From Podarcis liolepis (lineage: Eukaryota): DNA of 64,000 nucleotides. The position numbers and the translations under genes are program-made. Positions within the stretch are counted from its first letter, which is position 1. Every line of letters starts with the position of its first letter. Under the pieces are notes generated by a model. That model saw nothing but the letters and a program-made list of their open reading frames with translations. It was not told the origin of the DNA and did no database searches. Shown here one piece after another: positions 23,284 through 36,729 of the stretch. The stretch is from the NCBI GenBank assembly GCA_965112155.1, contig OZ218110.1; one strand, 5' to 3'.

Positions 23284-25344
23284 ATGTAGGTAGTCTAGTT
23301 CACATTACTCAATGAATTGCATTCTGCATTTTCTAAAACTGAAATTTGGTAAAATGTCAGAATTTCTGAAAACTTGCAATTTTGGTTTCAAATATGACTT
23401 AGAAGGATTATTTTAAAATCTTAAACCTCACGTCCCATTGGTAGATTCTGGGAGAAATGTGAAGCTTGCCAGATTTATACCAAGGCAATCTGATGAATGG
23501 TAGCTCTGTGTGTGCATCTCATATCCCTATCTCCCTTTCCCTTATGCTACTAGCAAGTTACCCAGGCAGAATTGGAGGACTGAATGGGAATGTGGGAAGT
23601 GCACTCAGCACACCTATTTTGTGCCATGTCACTTCCACACATGTCCACTCTTGTTCAGACAATGATACAGGTGAAAAGGAATCCAAGCTCCTTTTAGCCC
23701 TATGTGTGTTGGCCATGATCAAATGGGACTAGATTGCTCTCCTTGTTTCTTCCTCAGCCCACGAAAGCCAAGTGAAATTCAGTAACAGCGAATGTTGAAA
23801 CAAAATCATTTGCAAAGTCCTACATGCAAATTCAAGTTAGAGGAATTTGCTTAAGGCGTTCCTCTTCCCCAGTTAGTTTCAGTTGAGCCATTTTGAAACC
23901 AAATGTAAGGCTGCAATTTTGCACACAGTTGGCCTACCGAGAATCTTTATTTATTTCAGTGGATTTTAAGTAAGCTGTGTGCAGGTCACAGCATAGGTTT
24001 TCATCCATGAAGCAGGTCCACTGGATTTGTCAACATGAAAGACTAAAACACTATCTTTTCCCATGTCATCCCTGGGGAGTGTGGGAGGGGAAGAACTCCA
24101 GGTTTGCTACCACTGAGAATTTAGATGTACCAGGTGAGCAGTTAACTACCGCCATCTTGTGGCTTCAATGACCTCTACACCTGAAATATGAAGAGAAACA
24201 GCTTTCCACTGGCTGGCATCATGGTGTGGCAGATGCTTTGCAGTCTCATAGCTCAGCTATGTCACACCCTTGAGGTGTAGTTTAATAAAACTCACACAAC
24301 TAGATCCATTGTGTCAGATAGTGAGGGCTCTGCCACCTTTATCCCAGAGATCCAGGTGTAGGCAGGCGACCTTCCATGCACTTGTCCTGGGTGTGTTAGT
24401 TGCAACATTTATTCTGAGCCAGCAGCTCTCAAGGGTTTCAGATTGAGGTGTCTCCCAGCCCTAACAAGGGATGCCAGGAATTGACCCTGGAACCTTCAGC
24501 ATGCAAAGCAGCACAAAGAATTCTTCTTTTCCACTAAGATCTGCAAGACACTCTCCATCCATAAGCAAAGGGCTCCCGTGCAAATCAAGTTTGAAGTCCA
24601 ACACTTATCACTTTAGAAAATAGGAATCGCCTGCAGTGGCATTTTACATTGCATTATTAAAGCTGAAGCAGATCAGTTTTGGGTTTCATCAGATTTTGGA
24701 GCAAAAAGCTAGATCTTGAACAAGATGGGGGCTAGGAGTTTGGTCTAAATACCTACCCATGAGTTGTAAGTCAGATGGATTTTTTCCCCTTTATATAGTA
24801 TTGCTATATTTATAGCTAGCCTGTCCAACTTGTGACCTATCCAGGTAGACAGCGAGCAGCCATGTATGACAGCCAAACAGGGGCTCAATAAACCTTTTGT
24901 CTTTGCTGCCTGCCTGGGATTTGAAGAAAACAGGTCAGTCAAGCAGCTTGCTGACAACGCTGTGAGGTGTGTTCAGCTGGAATATACCAGCCTGTTCTAT
25001 AGGACTATGGGTGAGTGTGTGTCTGCCAGATTTCTTATTAAAACACATTCCCACCTCTGATGCTGCAATAAATGAATAGCAACAAAAATGAAGCATTTAT
25101 TTCTTTTTTACCCAGTTGTCTTTCAATCTTTATGTTTCTCTTAATGTAAGTAGTAAGTATTTATTATAAGCATACTTAATATTTTAAGCATTAATAAAAT
25201 CCAAATTACTCTGTTCTGAATGGAATCTCTTCTGCCTCCCTCATAACTTTTATCTGGGATTTGGGAGTTTTATTCTAATTATACTGTATTCTGTACTGCA
25301 TGTTTTGGCCTTTGGCTAAAGCAATAAAACTTGACTAGCTGATA

Positions 25345-25354
25345 AACACACACA

Positions 25355-25410
<56 letters not shown>
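25345..25410. repeat. Compound (CA)n(GA)n microsatellite
   Basis: Direct reading. Confidence 0.95.
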
Positions 25411-25414
<4 letters not shown>

Positions 25415-27139
25415 TCAGCACAATAAACACTTTCTAATCAGCAAATGACAGAAGTATTTATTCCGAAATATTGTCAACATATTTCCCCATTGAGTGTTCT
25501 GCAAAAGCAAGTACTGCCCCCACCATCATGTATGTGGAATGTCTGGCCACCTTCTGCAGAACAAGAGCATGTGCCAAGTGGGGGAAAAGTACTAGAGCAA
25601 AAGTCTCTAGAGTGTGAAGAACTCTATCTCAGAATGGAAAAGGCTGAAGGAACAACAGGAGAGGAGACTGTGCTTCTGCAGCAGATTTAATGTGGGTTGA
25701 GGACATCTCGTGTGCACATATTTTTCTTAGGAATAGCAAAGAGGGGTTCTAGGAAGTGTTTCTGTTGCATCAGCAATGCAAGGGACGGGAAGAGATGAGA
25801 CCCAGGTTATCTAGGAGGGAACATAAAATAAATGTGAAGATGGTCATTTGGGAGGAAAAACTATGAAAATAGAATGATCAATAAGGTGGCCAACCCACAG
25901 CCCACATTCAGCCCAGGTTTTTTGTTGCTCCGCAAGACCCTCCCACTCCATTTTTTTTTAAATTGACAATATTTCATCAGTCTTGATGTGGACCCCTCCG
26001 TTTGTGATGTCTGGCGACTGCTGTGCTCATTGTAAATTACTCAATCTCCACACAAAAGGTCCTGGACTTGCTGTTATGTGTGTCTGAAACACAAACTTCA
26101 AAAATGGGTTTTCGCTCTAGGTAACTAACCCACTACATCCAGCCTTAGGGTGCTGGATGCCCCTCTTGGTTCACAAAATAAGCCCTGCTTGGAAATTTCA
26201 AGTTCTACGAAGAAAGCCTCCAATTTCCTTCTGGAATGAAAAACCTACAGTGAATACAGGCAATTGCTTGCCACAAGGCACCAGCACAAGGAACGCTGAG
26301 CAGTTTGCCCAGGGCTCATAAACGTTTAAAGGGCCTATGTAGCTTAGTCCCAGACCTGGCATAATTTCCAACTCACCACTCTTGGCTGTTGGGAAACCAG
26401 CAGGGAGGGTAAATTAAGGAGTGTGCAAGTGACCTGAGTGGATCTGGCACAAAGCCTGCTCACCTGCTTGCTGTAATCTCAGGATTCTGGATATCAGAGG
26501 AAAGTGTTACAGGTTTGAAGGTGCTAGAGTTTAAGGCTTGCAGTATTAAAAACAGGAAACAGCCAGACTCATGCACATTTAAGACAGATCCATGTGTGCA
26601 TTTGAGCTGTGTACTAGGCACTTCAAATCCTTTAATTAGCATGTGCGGGAGTTAACTTCCTAAACTGTGTATTAGACACCTCGTGAGTTGAAATTAACAT
26701 GTGTTAGAAAATAATTGAGTCAGGCTAATTTCCCTTTGAGGTGTTTGCCTAGGGTAATGAGTCATTCACACAACAAGAGGATCAAAGGCAGTGGGACTTC
26801 TGCCTGTATTAAAAGAGATCAGTGTGAAGCTGGGGTGTGACTTGAGGGAGCAAGGCAAGCTGCAGGGCAAGGATGCTGATGTGCCTATGGAGGAAGCAGG
26901 ACTCACTTGTATATATGTTGTATATAAACCATGTATCATAAACCATATGCCATAAAAGCAAAACGCAGACTCAGTAAAGAGCATCAGGAGCTACCTGGAA
27001 TCTCACACTGGCGTAGAGATTGGGGGTGGCATGTAACACTAGATCAAGGATCCAGCTTGTGACAGAGTAGTGGGCTTTTGCTTGAGCAAATCTGGTACCC
27101 AGGTCCAAGCAAACATGGAGCTAGCCTTGCAGTTAATTA

Positions 27140-27657
27140 AACAGTGGTGGCTAATTTATTGGACTAGGGCACCCAAGCAAAGTTCAAAGTATTTCATAAT
27201 TCCACTGCAGCATACACTGCACCCCATTCACATGCCTTGAGGTGGCCTTGCCTCTAAGTGTGGGGGGCAGGCAGGAAATCAGACCTGACTCCATGCTACA
27301 GTCAGGCCAATGAGACTCTACTGCCTGTGCCACTTGTGGCACCCACGCTACAGATTGGTCACTAATTCAGTAAAATTTAAAATTGTATTTTGATACAGTT
27401 TGTTCTTCTACCTTGACTCCTACATCTTTTTAGCACCTTTGTCTAACCAGCTATTCCTCCCCTAGACTTGCCTTGTATAAATGTGCTCCCTGCCAACACA
27501 GTATGACCTTATTGAATTCCACTTCACTCTTAACTCAAAATTCACCTAATGACTCTTAATGCTTTCTCCTAATGTGGAGACTTCCTGGCTTGCTCCAGCA
27601 GAAAGGAGAGGCCAGAAGATGGAGCCAGAGACAATATTCCTCCAGGTTTAATCCAGG
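27140..27657 (-). other. SKAP1: Candidate non-coding terminal (3'UTR) exon of SKAP1
   Basis: The donor after the SKAP1 stop needs a downstream acceptor; - strand 'ttcttgattgtctttttacataag' ends at 27658 and - strand AATAAA is at 27155-27160; the position is a guess. Confidence 0.3.
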
Positions 27658-29164
27658 CTTATGTAAAAAGACAATCAAGAAACATTGCGTGCAGTGCCTT
27701 TTTAACAAACTCTCTGTTAATGTTTCAGATACCCAGCCTGCTCTTGGGCTGGAGAATATCATCTACAATAATGAAAGGATATGGATCTCCCCACTCACTG
27801 TTCAATTTAAGCTCATCATAACACAGCCTCAGAATTTGTTTTTGCCAGGGTTCAGAGACCTGGAATGTGTCACATATAATAGAGACAGGAGTGTCTCTGG
27901 GCATGGTTGAGATTTCTTTCCTTTGCTATCTGATATCGGGGGCTGTGGTTCCAGATCAGTGGGCAGCACTGCCAGACAGGGGCAACCCTCAACAACCAAC
28001 AACTGCATGATCATTCTTGTAGTCCCATCCTAAAAACAACTGTCCCAAGACAAACCAGTGGTTCACAGAGCCACTTTCCCATTAGTAAACAGCAGATAAG
28101 ACCTGAGTCATTACCAAGGTTTAGCAAACATGGAAAGTAGTTTATATATTATGACAATTATATTGGGCCAGCTTATATGGCTGTGAGAATATGCTATCTT
28201 TTGGAGTTGCTCAATAGTTTTCATCAGGCAGAACAGAAAGGTGGCTGATTCTCAGTTAATTACCCAACAGTTCATCTCTGCCTAGACAAAACAATTATTT
28301 GCAAAGGGAAGTAAAATTGCTTTCTCTCTATAGTTGAGAATACACCATATAATACCTCCGCCTCTCATCAATGACTAGATCTTTAGGGATCTTCAGAACC
28401 AGATAAGTTATAGAATACAAATGAGCAATTGCTGAGCTTCCCTCCATTTTCTCTTTGCCAACTGTCCACCATTTTGAAGCGTCCCTTCTTTCACCTTTCC
28501 CCCCCAGCTGGTGCATTCCTTTCAACACATGTAACAGCACCACCTCCTGGTGGCTGATTAAAATCACACTATGTGTTTCAATTATCTTAAGTGCAGTTCA
28601 GTTAACTCCAAGGCACCTCTGAGGGAAGACTTATCAGCCGATGAAACATTCAAGCAAGCAGCTTTGAATGAAACATTGAAACATTGTTTGGCAAGCAGCT
28701 GAGGAATGCAAAAGGAAAGTTTCTTCAAAGTTTTTGACTTGCCATGAGAAAAGTCAGCCACTTCAGGTGATGAATTTCAGGTGCCATTAAGAGCAACGGA
28801 GTGAGGGCCAAACTACATGCTAAGTGCATATTTGAATTTGTCAGTGTCTTTAAGTAGCAGCTGCAGGTTCCCCTAATCTCAGTACTATAGCAGGAGTGAT
28901 AGGTATTTAGTGGGGCGGCGGGGACAGCATTTTTCTTTTTGGAACAAAAAGTAGTTTGTGAGGTGGGAAGAATTTTAACTGGAACTGCACTGCAGTGGAA
29001 AGGGTTAATCCACTCCTCAGCCTGTGCTGAGGCCCCAATTCAAATTGATCGAGGATGGGGGCTTAGCTGCTATTTAAAAACACATGCCACACATTTATTA
29101 TAATGTGTAGCTTGGTTCTGAGAGACAGACGTATCTGAGAACAGCTCTCTGGCAAGTTCTAGTG

Positions 29165-29300
29165 GAGGCATAGGCAAACTTAGCCCTCCAGATATTTTGG
29201 GATTACAATTCCCATGATCCCTAGCTAACAGGACCAGTGGTCAGGGATGATGGGAACTGTAGTCCCAAAACATCTGGAGGGCCAGGTTTGGCCATGCCTG
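29165..29300. mobile_element. hAT-type palindromic MITE, 136 bp
   Basis: Inverted ends (aggcataggcaaact / ggtttggccatgcctg) and 8-bp TSD ttctagtg/ttctagta. Confidence 0.85.
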
Positions 29301-29459
29301 TTCTAGTACATCAGCCCCACTGAAGTGAGTAGCAATTATTCAAGAGCATCATATGGTGACTGTAAAGCAGATCTGTCCCATAGCAGGCGATTAAACCTGA
29401 AGGAGATCCGCCACAATTGTTGCCCAATGACACGAACTCAGCCTTGTCTTACCTGCCAT

Positions 29460-29558
29460 TCATCTTTCCACATCGTAGGCGGGCATAAGATACTCCTTTG
29501 GCACAATCCCCACCATGCTGTTCAGCTCTCCGACCCACCAGCCATACATGTTGTACTC
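29460..29558 (-). CDS. SKAP1: SKAP1 (Src kinase-associated phosphoprotein 1) last coding exon, SH3 C-terminal half ([32 protein letters not shown])
   Basis: - strand acceptor 'caattccag', SH3 WW..G.VP..Y motif; peptide matches SKAP1 rather than SKAP2; exon continues 7 nt past TGA to a CAG|gtaaga donor at 29453; synteny with SNX11. Confidence 0.95.
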   Translation of the reverse strand, partial: EYNMYGWWVGELNSMVGIVPKEYLMPAYDVER

Positions 29559-29810
29559 CTGGAATTGAAGTAAGAACAGCGTTAAGAGAAATAGCTGGAT
29601 GAAGGGCCTTGATGTCATGGGCTTAGACTCCTGCCTCTGCCACAGAACTCGTAAGAACGTAAGGGCCTCCTGGGTCAGCCCAATGGCCCATCTAATCCAA
29701 CATGGGAGCCACAAACACAAGCAGCCTGAAAGGTTACAGCAAGACTGCACTGATTGTAAAACATACACATGCTCATCATTCTGGGTAGTGGTGGGATAAA
29801 TTGCAACATA

Positions 29811-30052
29811 CAGTGGTACCTCGGGTTAAGTACTTAATTCGTTCCGGAGGTCCGTTCTGAACCTGAAACTGTTCTTAACCTGAAGCACCACTTTAGCTAA
29901 TGGGGCCTCCTGCTGCTGCCGCTCCACCGGAGACCAATTTCTGTTCTTATCCTGAAGCAAAGTTCTTAACCTGAAGCACTATTTCTGGGTTAGCGGAGTG
30001 TGTAACCTGAAACATATGTAACCTGAAGTGTATGTAACCCGAGGTACCACTG
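29811..30052. mobile_element. Tc1/mariner MITE, same family as 13950
   Basis: TA TSD, perfect TIR CAGTGGTACCTCGGGTTA / TAACCCGAGGTACCACTG. Confidence 0.93.
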
Positions 30053-30127
30053 TACTCAGCATTAAGTGTCACTTGGTGTTGATAGAAAAGTTAAAGGGCT
30101 TAATGGATTGTGTCCAATGAGCACAGG

Positions 30128-30400
30128 ATCACAGAATTGTAGAGTTGGAAGAGGGTCATCTGGTTTCCTCTTTACCAGGTTAGACATACCCAATTCCCTC
30201 AACCCTTCCTCATAAGGCTTGGTTTCCAGACCCCTGATAATCTTGGCTGCCTTCCTCTGCACACATTGTAGCTTGTTAATATCTTTCTTAAATTGTGGTG
30301 CCCACAACTGGGCGCAGTACTCCAGGTGTGGTCTGAAAAGAGCAGGACTATTCCTTCCCATGATTGGGACACTATACTTCCGTACATGCATTTAAAATAG
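30128..30400 (-). mobile_element. CR1 LINE ORF2 C-terminal fragment plus 3' tail
   Basis: RPHLEYCAQLWAPQFKKDINKLQCVQRKAAKIIRGLETKPYEEGLRELG peptide; tail 'ttccaactctacaattctgtgat'. Confidence 0.9.
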
Positions 30401-33400
30401 TAATATGAATTATTATTTCTCATTTAATATTTTTTTGAACTTTTAATTTGATGTAATTTTGGTTAGCTGCCTTGGACATTGTAGAAAGACAGGATATAAT
30501 CAATTGCATTAAAACAATAAAAATACAACTGTCAAGGGTCTAACATATAAAATAAACCTGTTGGAATAAAGCAGCATTAAAGCAAGAGTCCCAAATGCTT
30601 TGTATTTCTCCCTTCACAAATGCTGCACCAAATAAAACTACTTTTAACTTACCATAACACTTAAGAATACAATATTAATGTTCATAGATAAGATTCTCTG
30701 TACATATAAAGGTTTGGACTAGGCTTCTGCCTGATGCACCAGTTTTCTAATGGGAAAGGGTTGTGTTTGTTTTTGCATATTCTTCAAACTGTATCCTTCC
30801 GCCTGCAGCTTGAAGTGGAAGAGTTCAGAAAAATATCTACCACTTAACCCTGTTGATTGTGCAAACTTGTCCTTACAGAGCCTTCTGCTACAGCACCCAG
30901 AAGAACTGCAAGTTCTGGCAGAAGTTCTGTTTTGGCTGTGGAGAACCCGGGACTGTCAGCTCTCTGGCCAGTGAGTGGGGCCATAGAGTCTTTGCCCTTC
31001 CCTTAGTGGTGGAAAACATGATTCTAGCAGCTGTTGGCCCACCGGACAATGGGTGAGGCAGAATGTCCTACATTTTGCTCCTTAAATAGCTGCAGGGATA
31101 TGTGAAGCAAAAGTAAAGAAGAGTTCATCTGAGCACATTCAGAGTGCTTTATTCTCTAGAATAACCTCTCTCATGGACACGTTAGGAGCAAGACGCTGCA
31201 AGCTGAAGGGTTTCCAGACAAGTGTCGCAGCATTCAGTATAAAGGCTATGGGTTGTTTCACACAAGTATGTTAATCACTTGTTGACTACGCAGCATCTAA
31301 TGGCGACATGCATGGCGAATGAGCCATTATAGATTAATCACCGCAAACATCTTTCATATCACCTGATGTCAGTTCATGCACAATGCTTTTCAGCCCAGAG
31401 TCAGTTCACACATTCTGCTAAAATAGCCAAGAACAGAGTAATGAAGTGATGTAGATGTGTGTGTGTGAACAAGCCCAAGGCACCAGGAAAAAACGGAGAA
31501 AGGGAGACTGTGCCAGATGGATGTAAAAGGCGAAGACTGAGACCGGACCCACCTTCTTCCAAGCACTGCCTTGGCCTGAGCACTGTGAGGTATTTTAAAA
31601 CAATTTCGGCTTTGATGGATTGCTGGGGAGCCAGCGATTGTTCATAATCAAAAAAGGAAGAATGGAATGCAAATGAGCACAAGCCGAGAACCATCGGCGC
31701 CGGGCGCTTTATTTCCCTGTGCTGTGCCAAAAAGAATTAAAACAACATTAAACTCCCAGCAATAATGTTTAAGCTCTCGTTTCCGAGTGCCAAATTGCAC
31801 CGCTCTGGATCATACAGATGTTCGTTAATTATGCTAATTTTTATTAAACTATTAAAATGGAGGAAGTTGCACTGGCAGAGCCCCGGCCCGAGGTGAACCC
31901 TGCCTTGCGTCTGGAGGTGCTAATTTGCCAGCTTCCCTCCATAAGCTGCTGATGCCGGAGGTTTGGGCTTTGCTTAGCGAGGGGGAATTTTTTTGTATGG
32001 GGTGATGGAGAGGATGACTTCTTCAGCAGAAAATGTTGAAACAAATTCCAGTGGGTGCTAGACGCTAGACCCTCTGGACCTGCACACATCCATTGAGCCA
32101 GAGCAGGCTTGACCATGAGGACAGAGGAGGTAGCTGTCTGAGGTGGCTCAGTTCAAGAGAGGCTCCTCATGCCACACCAGCAATCCTGAGTCCAGGCTCT
32201 TAACCCTCCTTTTGTGGTAGCTGGCTCCCCATGCAGAGTTGCTCCAGGACCTGTGCACTGTAGCTTAGAGTTAGCAGGGGACACCCCTGACTCATGCCAA
32301 CAAGGGCAGCAAGAATGCTGAGTTTGTCCTACAGCAATCCAGCATTAATAGGGGCTTTTTAAAAATTATTTTGCAGGCATGTTTCAGCACTGTGACATGT
32401 CTAAGCACTGTAACTTTGAGGTCAGCATCCCAAGCAGAGTTCAGTTTCAAAAATGATAGTGGATTTTGGAGTTCATTCCCAGCCCCTCTCCTGGGCCCAG
32501 GGTAAAAGGCCTCAACAAAAGGATATCCCGACTAAAACGTTATGTGCTTCAGGTTTCCTGCACCCCCTGATTCATAGGAGTACTGGTATGAAAGACAGGT
32601 ACATTGAAGACTGCCTAAAATTGGTGTGCTGAGTAGTGAAATCAAATGGAGGCGTGTAGTATCAAAAATTAGGAAAATCTGTAATGTTCTTGGCTTGAAG
32701 TCTGAACTGTGGCCTAGGGAATGGGATCACAGGATTTCACCTTACCTGTGCTGACTGCATGAACTGAAAGAGGTGTGTGTGTTATCCAAGATGTGTAAAA
32801 GGACCTCAAGAACAGAACATAAGCTTAGCGCAGGGGTGGCACCCCTGCCGATTAAAAAAGATGAAGCAAAAATATGCAAAGGAAGTAAAAATGAAATGCA
32901 AAATTTCTCTCCCCATCCCTTGGCTCCCAAATTTCTTGTCAGCAGCAAAGCTGAAACAGCTGCATGCGGATCAATCTTTCCTGGGCGTGGGGGTCCATGG
33001 AGGGATTGCACATGCACAGACATAGAAGAATTTATGTTGCTGATGTACACCAACTAATGGGAAAACAATATCTAAACCTATGGGAAAGGACATATAAACC
33101 AAAATAGGATGCCGACAAGCAACAAGGGGGACATTTCTTGGCTACTCTCAGCCTTCTCATGCGGCTGCTTTACTGCTTTCCGACAGCGTCACGGGTGTCC
33201 TTTGCATGCCTCCTGTCTCGATGTCTGGACTCTCTCTACCGTGCCACAAGAAAATGCCTTAGCAAGCAGGTAGCGGCAGGGGGTAGGGGGAGTAAAACTG
33301 GGAGGAAACAGCAGGCAGCTCTCGTAAGCCGGAAAAGAGAATGAAGACCCCTGCTACAGAGCCGCTCGCTTTTAATTTCCATCTGCCCCCATCCCCACTG

Positions 33401-33639
33401 TTTCCCTATTTGTAGAGCGTTCTGCATGACAGCTCAGCAACTACCCAAGATGACCACTGATACGTCTTTGAGGGGCAAGGCAGAAACAGCCTCAGGGCTG
33501 CAGCGCTCTTTCGCTTTCTGTATAAAATATGTGTGCATGTATATTACTGGGGTGCAAATCTAATGGGAAGTTATCACCCACTGAGTTCTTTCTCGGTAAG
33601 CCCAGATGCAGCGGCTGGTTGCAGTTACTCAGTGGTCAT

Positions 33640-33840
33640 AGGAATATAATGAATGTGCTTTATACTAAATCAGACCTTTGGTCTATTAAACCCAGTGCAA
33701 TGTACTCTGACTGGTGACGGCTCTCTAGCAAAGGTCCTTCCCAGTCCTACTCTGGGAGGTTTTGTAACTGGAGATGCCTATGCCTTGGAACAAACTTGTT
33801 ACTTTCTGCATGCACACGACATGTTCACCTGCTGAGCTAA
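33640..33840 (-). mobile_element. Degenerate Squam2-like SINE
   Basis: 'ttatactaaatcagacctttggtc...tactctgactggtgacggctctc...ggagatgcc...ttctgcatgca'. Confidence 0.5.
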
Positions 33841-35093
33841 ACCAAGGTAAGACCTGCTGCTTGTTAAAAGCTAGTTTTAGATGTTATATATACCCCACAT
33901 GCAGACAAGGAGAAGCCCCTTTATGTGTCGCAAATGCTTTATGCAGGAAGAGTGATGTTTAAAAGATCCTTACCAAATGTGTATCCCTAACCACAAATAG
34001 CAGGAGCATGCTTCTGATTCTGGCAGCAGCTTTCACAACTGCTACTCATGATGGGTGAAGTGCATTTAGTGAGTATTTTTAAATATTACTGTTCAGGATC
34101 TCATGTGCATTACATGTGCAGCATCTCTGTAAGTAAGCATTTCCTGCAGGCTGCTTGTCAGCGAGGCAACACTGAAACAGGCTGTCATTTGCAAATAATT
34201 AAGAGCAAAAATGAATTTGACTCAGTGTGTTGTGTGTGTGTGTGTTTGCTCTAGCAAGTTCTCCTTGCTACAATTTATTTCCAAAAATGTGAATCTATAT
34301 TCTCCTAATTATGGTTGCTCTGGGATTTAGAGCTAAGCTCTTGCAAAATTCATCCCACTTGCATGAGCTGCCAACAGCACTGACAGTGGAATAAGTGAGA
34401 CAATTTGCAGAACTCTAAACTAAGCTGTTGACGGGAACAGCAAACTACAATATGGCCACAGATAAGATTGACAGCGAGGAGGAAGGCTGGGCTGAATTCC
34501 TAGTCAATCACCAAAGAGGTTGGTTAATTTTTAGACGCAAGAGGTGTCTGGAATAAACACTCAAAGGAATTCCTTCCTTCGGTCCCAGAAGTGTATGCAT
34601 TGGATATTCTGTGGTTACTCAAAGTATACAGTAACTACATGTTGCTATCCAAGATGGGGTTGCTATCCAAAATAGCAATCTGGTTTTGAGTTCTCCCCTT
34701 CCTCCTCCATAACTTGTAGTAAAACTAACAGATGCAACATCATCATCTTGCATTTTTCCTTGGCACTGACAACCAGTGATTTATCTCTATTGATTTATTG
34801 CAATTATTTATATCCTGCCTTCCAGGATGTGGCAAATCCTTCCATGATGTGAGGAATTTTATGTGAAGCAATGACGAGGAAACACGCAGCACGACATCAA
34901 GAAATTGGCTACATTTTACTACACGTTACGGAGCCGGGAGAACTCAATACAGAACTTCTGCTTTTGCTGGTAGCCCCGTATTTCTCATCATGTACAGCTC
35001 TGCCCTCACTATGAATGGAAAGAATCACTACACATGCTCAGAGGCACTCTTTTTTTCATGTACTTAGTTTTCTCCAGAGCAGAGCCCTGGCAC

Positions 35094-35276
35094 CAGGGCC
35101 GGCCCACACATGAGGCAAGGTGCAGTGACGGCCCACTGGCAGCAGATCCCAATGTTGATCTCCCCCTCACACCTTTGTTCCTGATGTAGATCTTCCCTCA
35201 TCCCTTCTTCCCTAGTGGGAAAGGGGTGCTATTTTGGGGTCTGCCTCAGGTGCCAAAATGTCATGGGCTGGCCCTG
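35094..35276. mobile_element. hAT-type MITE, 183 bp
   Basis: TIR CAGGGCCGGCCCA / TGGGCTGGCCCTG; 8-bp TSD cctggcac/cttggcac. Confidence 0.85.
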
Positions 35277-36269
35277 CTTGGCACGGAAAACAGATTTTGG
35301 CTCCTGACTAAGCCTCAGGGTTTGGAGGCAAACTCTTTTCTCTATAGTGAGACATTACCTGTTCTAAAACAAAAGGCTGGCTCCACACCCCACCTTGCCA
35401 ACGCTGATCTAGCAATATTTACTCCTCAACCCCAACTTAGCTCTAGTTACAGTCCAAGCACCTCGTAAACAACCCCGATCCTACTTTGGCGATGTAGTTA
35501 ATCAGCCCCAGTCGCTCACAGAAGATCAATGGCGGGATGATGGATGCCCGAGGAGAAAAGCCAAAATCAATCACAGGCTTATCGGTATATGATTGCTTGG
35601 CCCCATTATTAGTGCCGGAGCATCATACATTATTGTTAGTAAAATGGAGGCCTCTAATTCATAGGTGAGCTGTGTCACGCATTATTGGAGGGTCGCTTGA
35701 CATGGGAGCGTTTTATATTGGGTCGCTGCAGACATCTGTTTACCTCAAAAACTGGCCCAGGGCTGAAAGCTGGCTCAGAACAAAATTTAGGGCTTAACAC
35801 TGGAAAGGAAGAAACCTGAGCACAGTGGCCAGTTTTTGAGAATGAAAGAGAGGTGCTAGGGTCTGAATGTCCCCCAGGAAATACAGTGACAGCCCAAGAT
35901 GTTTCTCCTGTGCTCATGTGCAGCTCCCGCCCCGCCCCCCGTCATTTCAAAGGGGCTTGCATAGAGAAACTTCCCTGTAGGTAGTGCTCTATGAATGAGA
36001 CCTCTTTGTCTCTTTAGTGCCCAAAACCTATTTTCTGAGATGACAGCCTACGTTGCCTCATGGTCAGGCAGAAAGTCATGACGTGGCCTCTGCCATGGAA
36101 GGCTAGCCTTCTTAATCCTAGATATCTCTTCATAGGAGCTTGTACTTTTCTTCCATTTCCTCCAGGATATCAGGAACTCCTGCAACTAGGGAAGGAGTTG
36201 CTTTTGTCTACTCCCAAGATGAGAAGAGTGTGGAACCTCACAGTGTGGAGATGGGGTGCGGGAGGGAGA

Positions 36270-36575
36270 GAGAAGATCTGGGAAATTACAGAGTGGCCAA
36301 TCTGACTCTGATACCTTGGAACACACTAGAACAGAGGAAAAAGGAGTCAGTTGATAATCATCTGTGTAACAATGTAGTGATAAGTGACTTTGATTGGGTT
36401 ATAAGCTTAGTAGATTGTGGGAATGTAGTGGACATAATTTATCTTTATTTCAGCATAGCATTTGATAAAGTTCCCCATGATATTTGGTTAGCAAACTGGT
36501 TAAATGCAGGGTATACAATAATCCCATCAGGTGGATCCAGAGCAGGAAAAATCGAGCATGTTCATCAATGGTTTC
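36270..36575 (+). mobile_element. CR1 LINE reverse-transcriptase fragment (degenerate)
   Basis: EDLGNYRVANLT...VDCGNVVDIIYLYFSIAFDKVPHD resembles CR1 GNYRPVSLT...YLDFSKAFDKVPH. Confidence 0.85.
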
Positions 36576-36729
36576 TCATCAACCTGGGTCATGTTTTTGA
36601 GCATGGTACCACAAGGATCTGAGCACAAGCACACTATTCCTTCCTGTGGTTTCCAGCAACTGATATTCAGAAGCATTGCTGCCTCTGACTGTGAAGGCAG
36701 AACATAGCCATTGGGGCTAGTAATCACCT

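Noticed and set aside
29460-29768. 102-aa ORF as a standalone SH3 gene or SKAP2
   Set aside because: Only the last 32 aa are exonic; the sequence and the SNX11 neighbour identify SKAP1, not SKAP2
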